Assembly (NCBI GenBank): GCA_031389045.1
Contig: JANMSE010000539.1
Coordinates: forward strand, 1,846-33,845
DNA: 32,000 nucleotides
Direction of reading: 5' to 3'
From: Deltaproteobacteria bacterium
GTDB lineage: Bacteria; Desulfobacterota; Binatia; Bin18
Of the stretch, positions 31,321-32,000 are shown one piece after another; within the stretch, counting starts at the first letter, position 1; each line of letters starts with the position of its first letter. The notes below the pieces were generated by a model, which saw only the letters and a list, made by a program, of their open reading frames with translations, was not told the origin of the DNA and searched no databases. Position numbers and translations under genes: made by a program.

Positions 31321-31968
31321 ATGACAACAGAAGAAAGTGGGTACGGCGAGGAGATCGCCGAGAGAATCGGTCAGACCGGAACCGCCGTGAAAGATGGCAT
31401 CATTGGCAGTCTGCGTGGTCTCAATGAAATCGAGGCCGAGATTGTCAGCCTCGTGCGCAACTCGGTTTCTCACGCGTTGCGAGCGACCGGTGCCGTGGCG
31501 ACCGATGGGGTCACCGTGACGCGCGACGTGGTCAAAGGCGCGTTGCAGGCGACCGAGGAAGTCGGCGCGGGACTGACGGTTGGCGTCAAGAGTGTCGCCA
31601 AGGGCGTCATCATGGGCGTGAGCGATGTTGGCGGTGATGTCCTGAACACCGCTTATCATGTCGTGAAAGGCGTGGTGGCGGGCGCGGCGGAGGTTGGTGC
31701 CGATGTTGGCGTGGTCGCCAGTCGTGCGGTGCAGGGTGTCGTTGAAGCGACCAAGGAAATCGGCGGCAATGTGGGCACTGTCACCCAAGCGGCGGTCGCC
31801 GGCGCTCTCGCCGGCGCTGGGGCCATCAGTACCAACGCCGTCCAGGTCGTTCGCGATCTGATGATTGGTGTTGTCGAAGGTGTGTTCACGGTGGCGTCCG
31901 CCGCGTTGCCACGATCATCCAGGGCTGCCTCAGCAATCGCGGAAGCCGGAGAGCAGCAGGCCGCGTAG
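31321..31968 (+). CDS. Repeat protein paralog (215 aa) with about seven 22-residue amphipathic G/V/A-rich repeats
   Basis: Collinear with the 28194..29078 product: GTAVKDGIIGSLRGLNEIEAEIVSLV aligns with GTALRDGVVDSLKGINEIGTELVDLV, and ...ASAALPRSS aligns with ...LSAALPRAS. It lacks the basic and acidic N-terminal extension. Confidence 0.75.
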   Translation: MTTEESGYGEEIAERIGQTGTAVKDGIIGSLRGLNEIEAEIVSLVRNSVSHALRATGAVATDGVTVTRDVVKGALQATEEVGAGLTVGVKSVAKGVIMGVSDVGGDVLNTAYHVVKGVVAGAAEVGADVGVVASRAVQGVVEATKEIGGNVGTVTQAAVAGALAGAGAISTNAVQVVRDLMIGVVEGVFTVASAALPRSSRAASAIAEAGEQQAA

Positions 31969-32000
31969 TGTTTCCTGGGAGCACAGGCGTCTCGCCGGCA

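Noticed and set aside
1-32000. Search by eye for CRISPR arrays, IS or transposase genes, integrases, and rRNA or tRNA genes
   Set aside because: I saw no regularly spaced direct repeats, no transposase or integrase-like ORFs, and no rRNA- or tRNA-like sequences. The only repeats are those listed as features.

Overview
GC-rich bacterial chromosomal window with about 30 protein genes. I recognised no rRNA, tRNA, CRISPR array or IS element. All homology calls below are motif recognition by eye, since no HMM or BLAST search could be run.

(1) Left edge: a caspase-family (C14) peptidase is followed by a very large ORF that runs off the window. It is missing from the ORF track only because it has no in-window stop. 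It carries two alpha/beta-hydrolase (lipase-like) domains and the lead-in of a CHAT-type region, so the pair looks like a conflict or cell-death system.

(2) 3.8-11.3 kb: a LOG-family gene, a polytopic membrane protein, an extradiol dioxygenase, a relic of a PLP-dependent decarboxylase, and a sensor histidine kinase split by a frameshift.

(3) 7.8-26 kb reads as a phosphate-starvation island. It holds a PhoX-like phosphatase, a GDPD, a 5'-nucleotidase, a phytase-like esterase, an EEP hydrolase, an LpxH/PlcP-like metallophosphoesterase and a DUF3047 protein. It also holds a translationally coupled operon of GT4 glycosyltransferase, a TM-aminotransferase-Mpo1/DUF962 fusion, and a PEMT-like methyltransferase. 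That operon could make a phosphorus-free amino or betaine-type lipid. Most of these units are preceded by CTGTCAT-like direct repeats phased at 11 bp (Pho-box architecture). Two of them also have a -10 element at the canonical 10-bp distance.

(4) 26.1-32.0 kb is the most novel part. Two divergent operons encode only uncharacterised small proteins: two DUF5132-type membrane proteins, two cysteine-free HMA2-like proteins, two paralogous proteins built from about 22-residue amphipathic G/V/A-rich repeats, an internally deleted mini-ParA with a basic-N-terminus partner-like protein, and three small orphans. Pho-box-like arrays in both orientations sit between the operons. I propose a phosphate-starvation-linked, membrane- or inclusion-associated system of unknown function.
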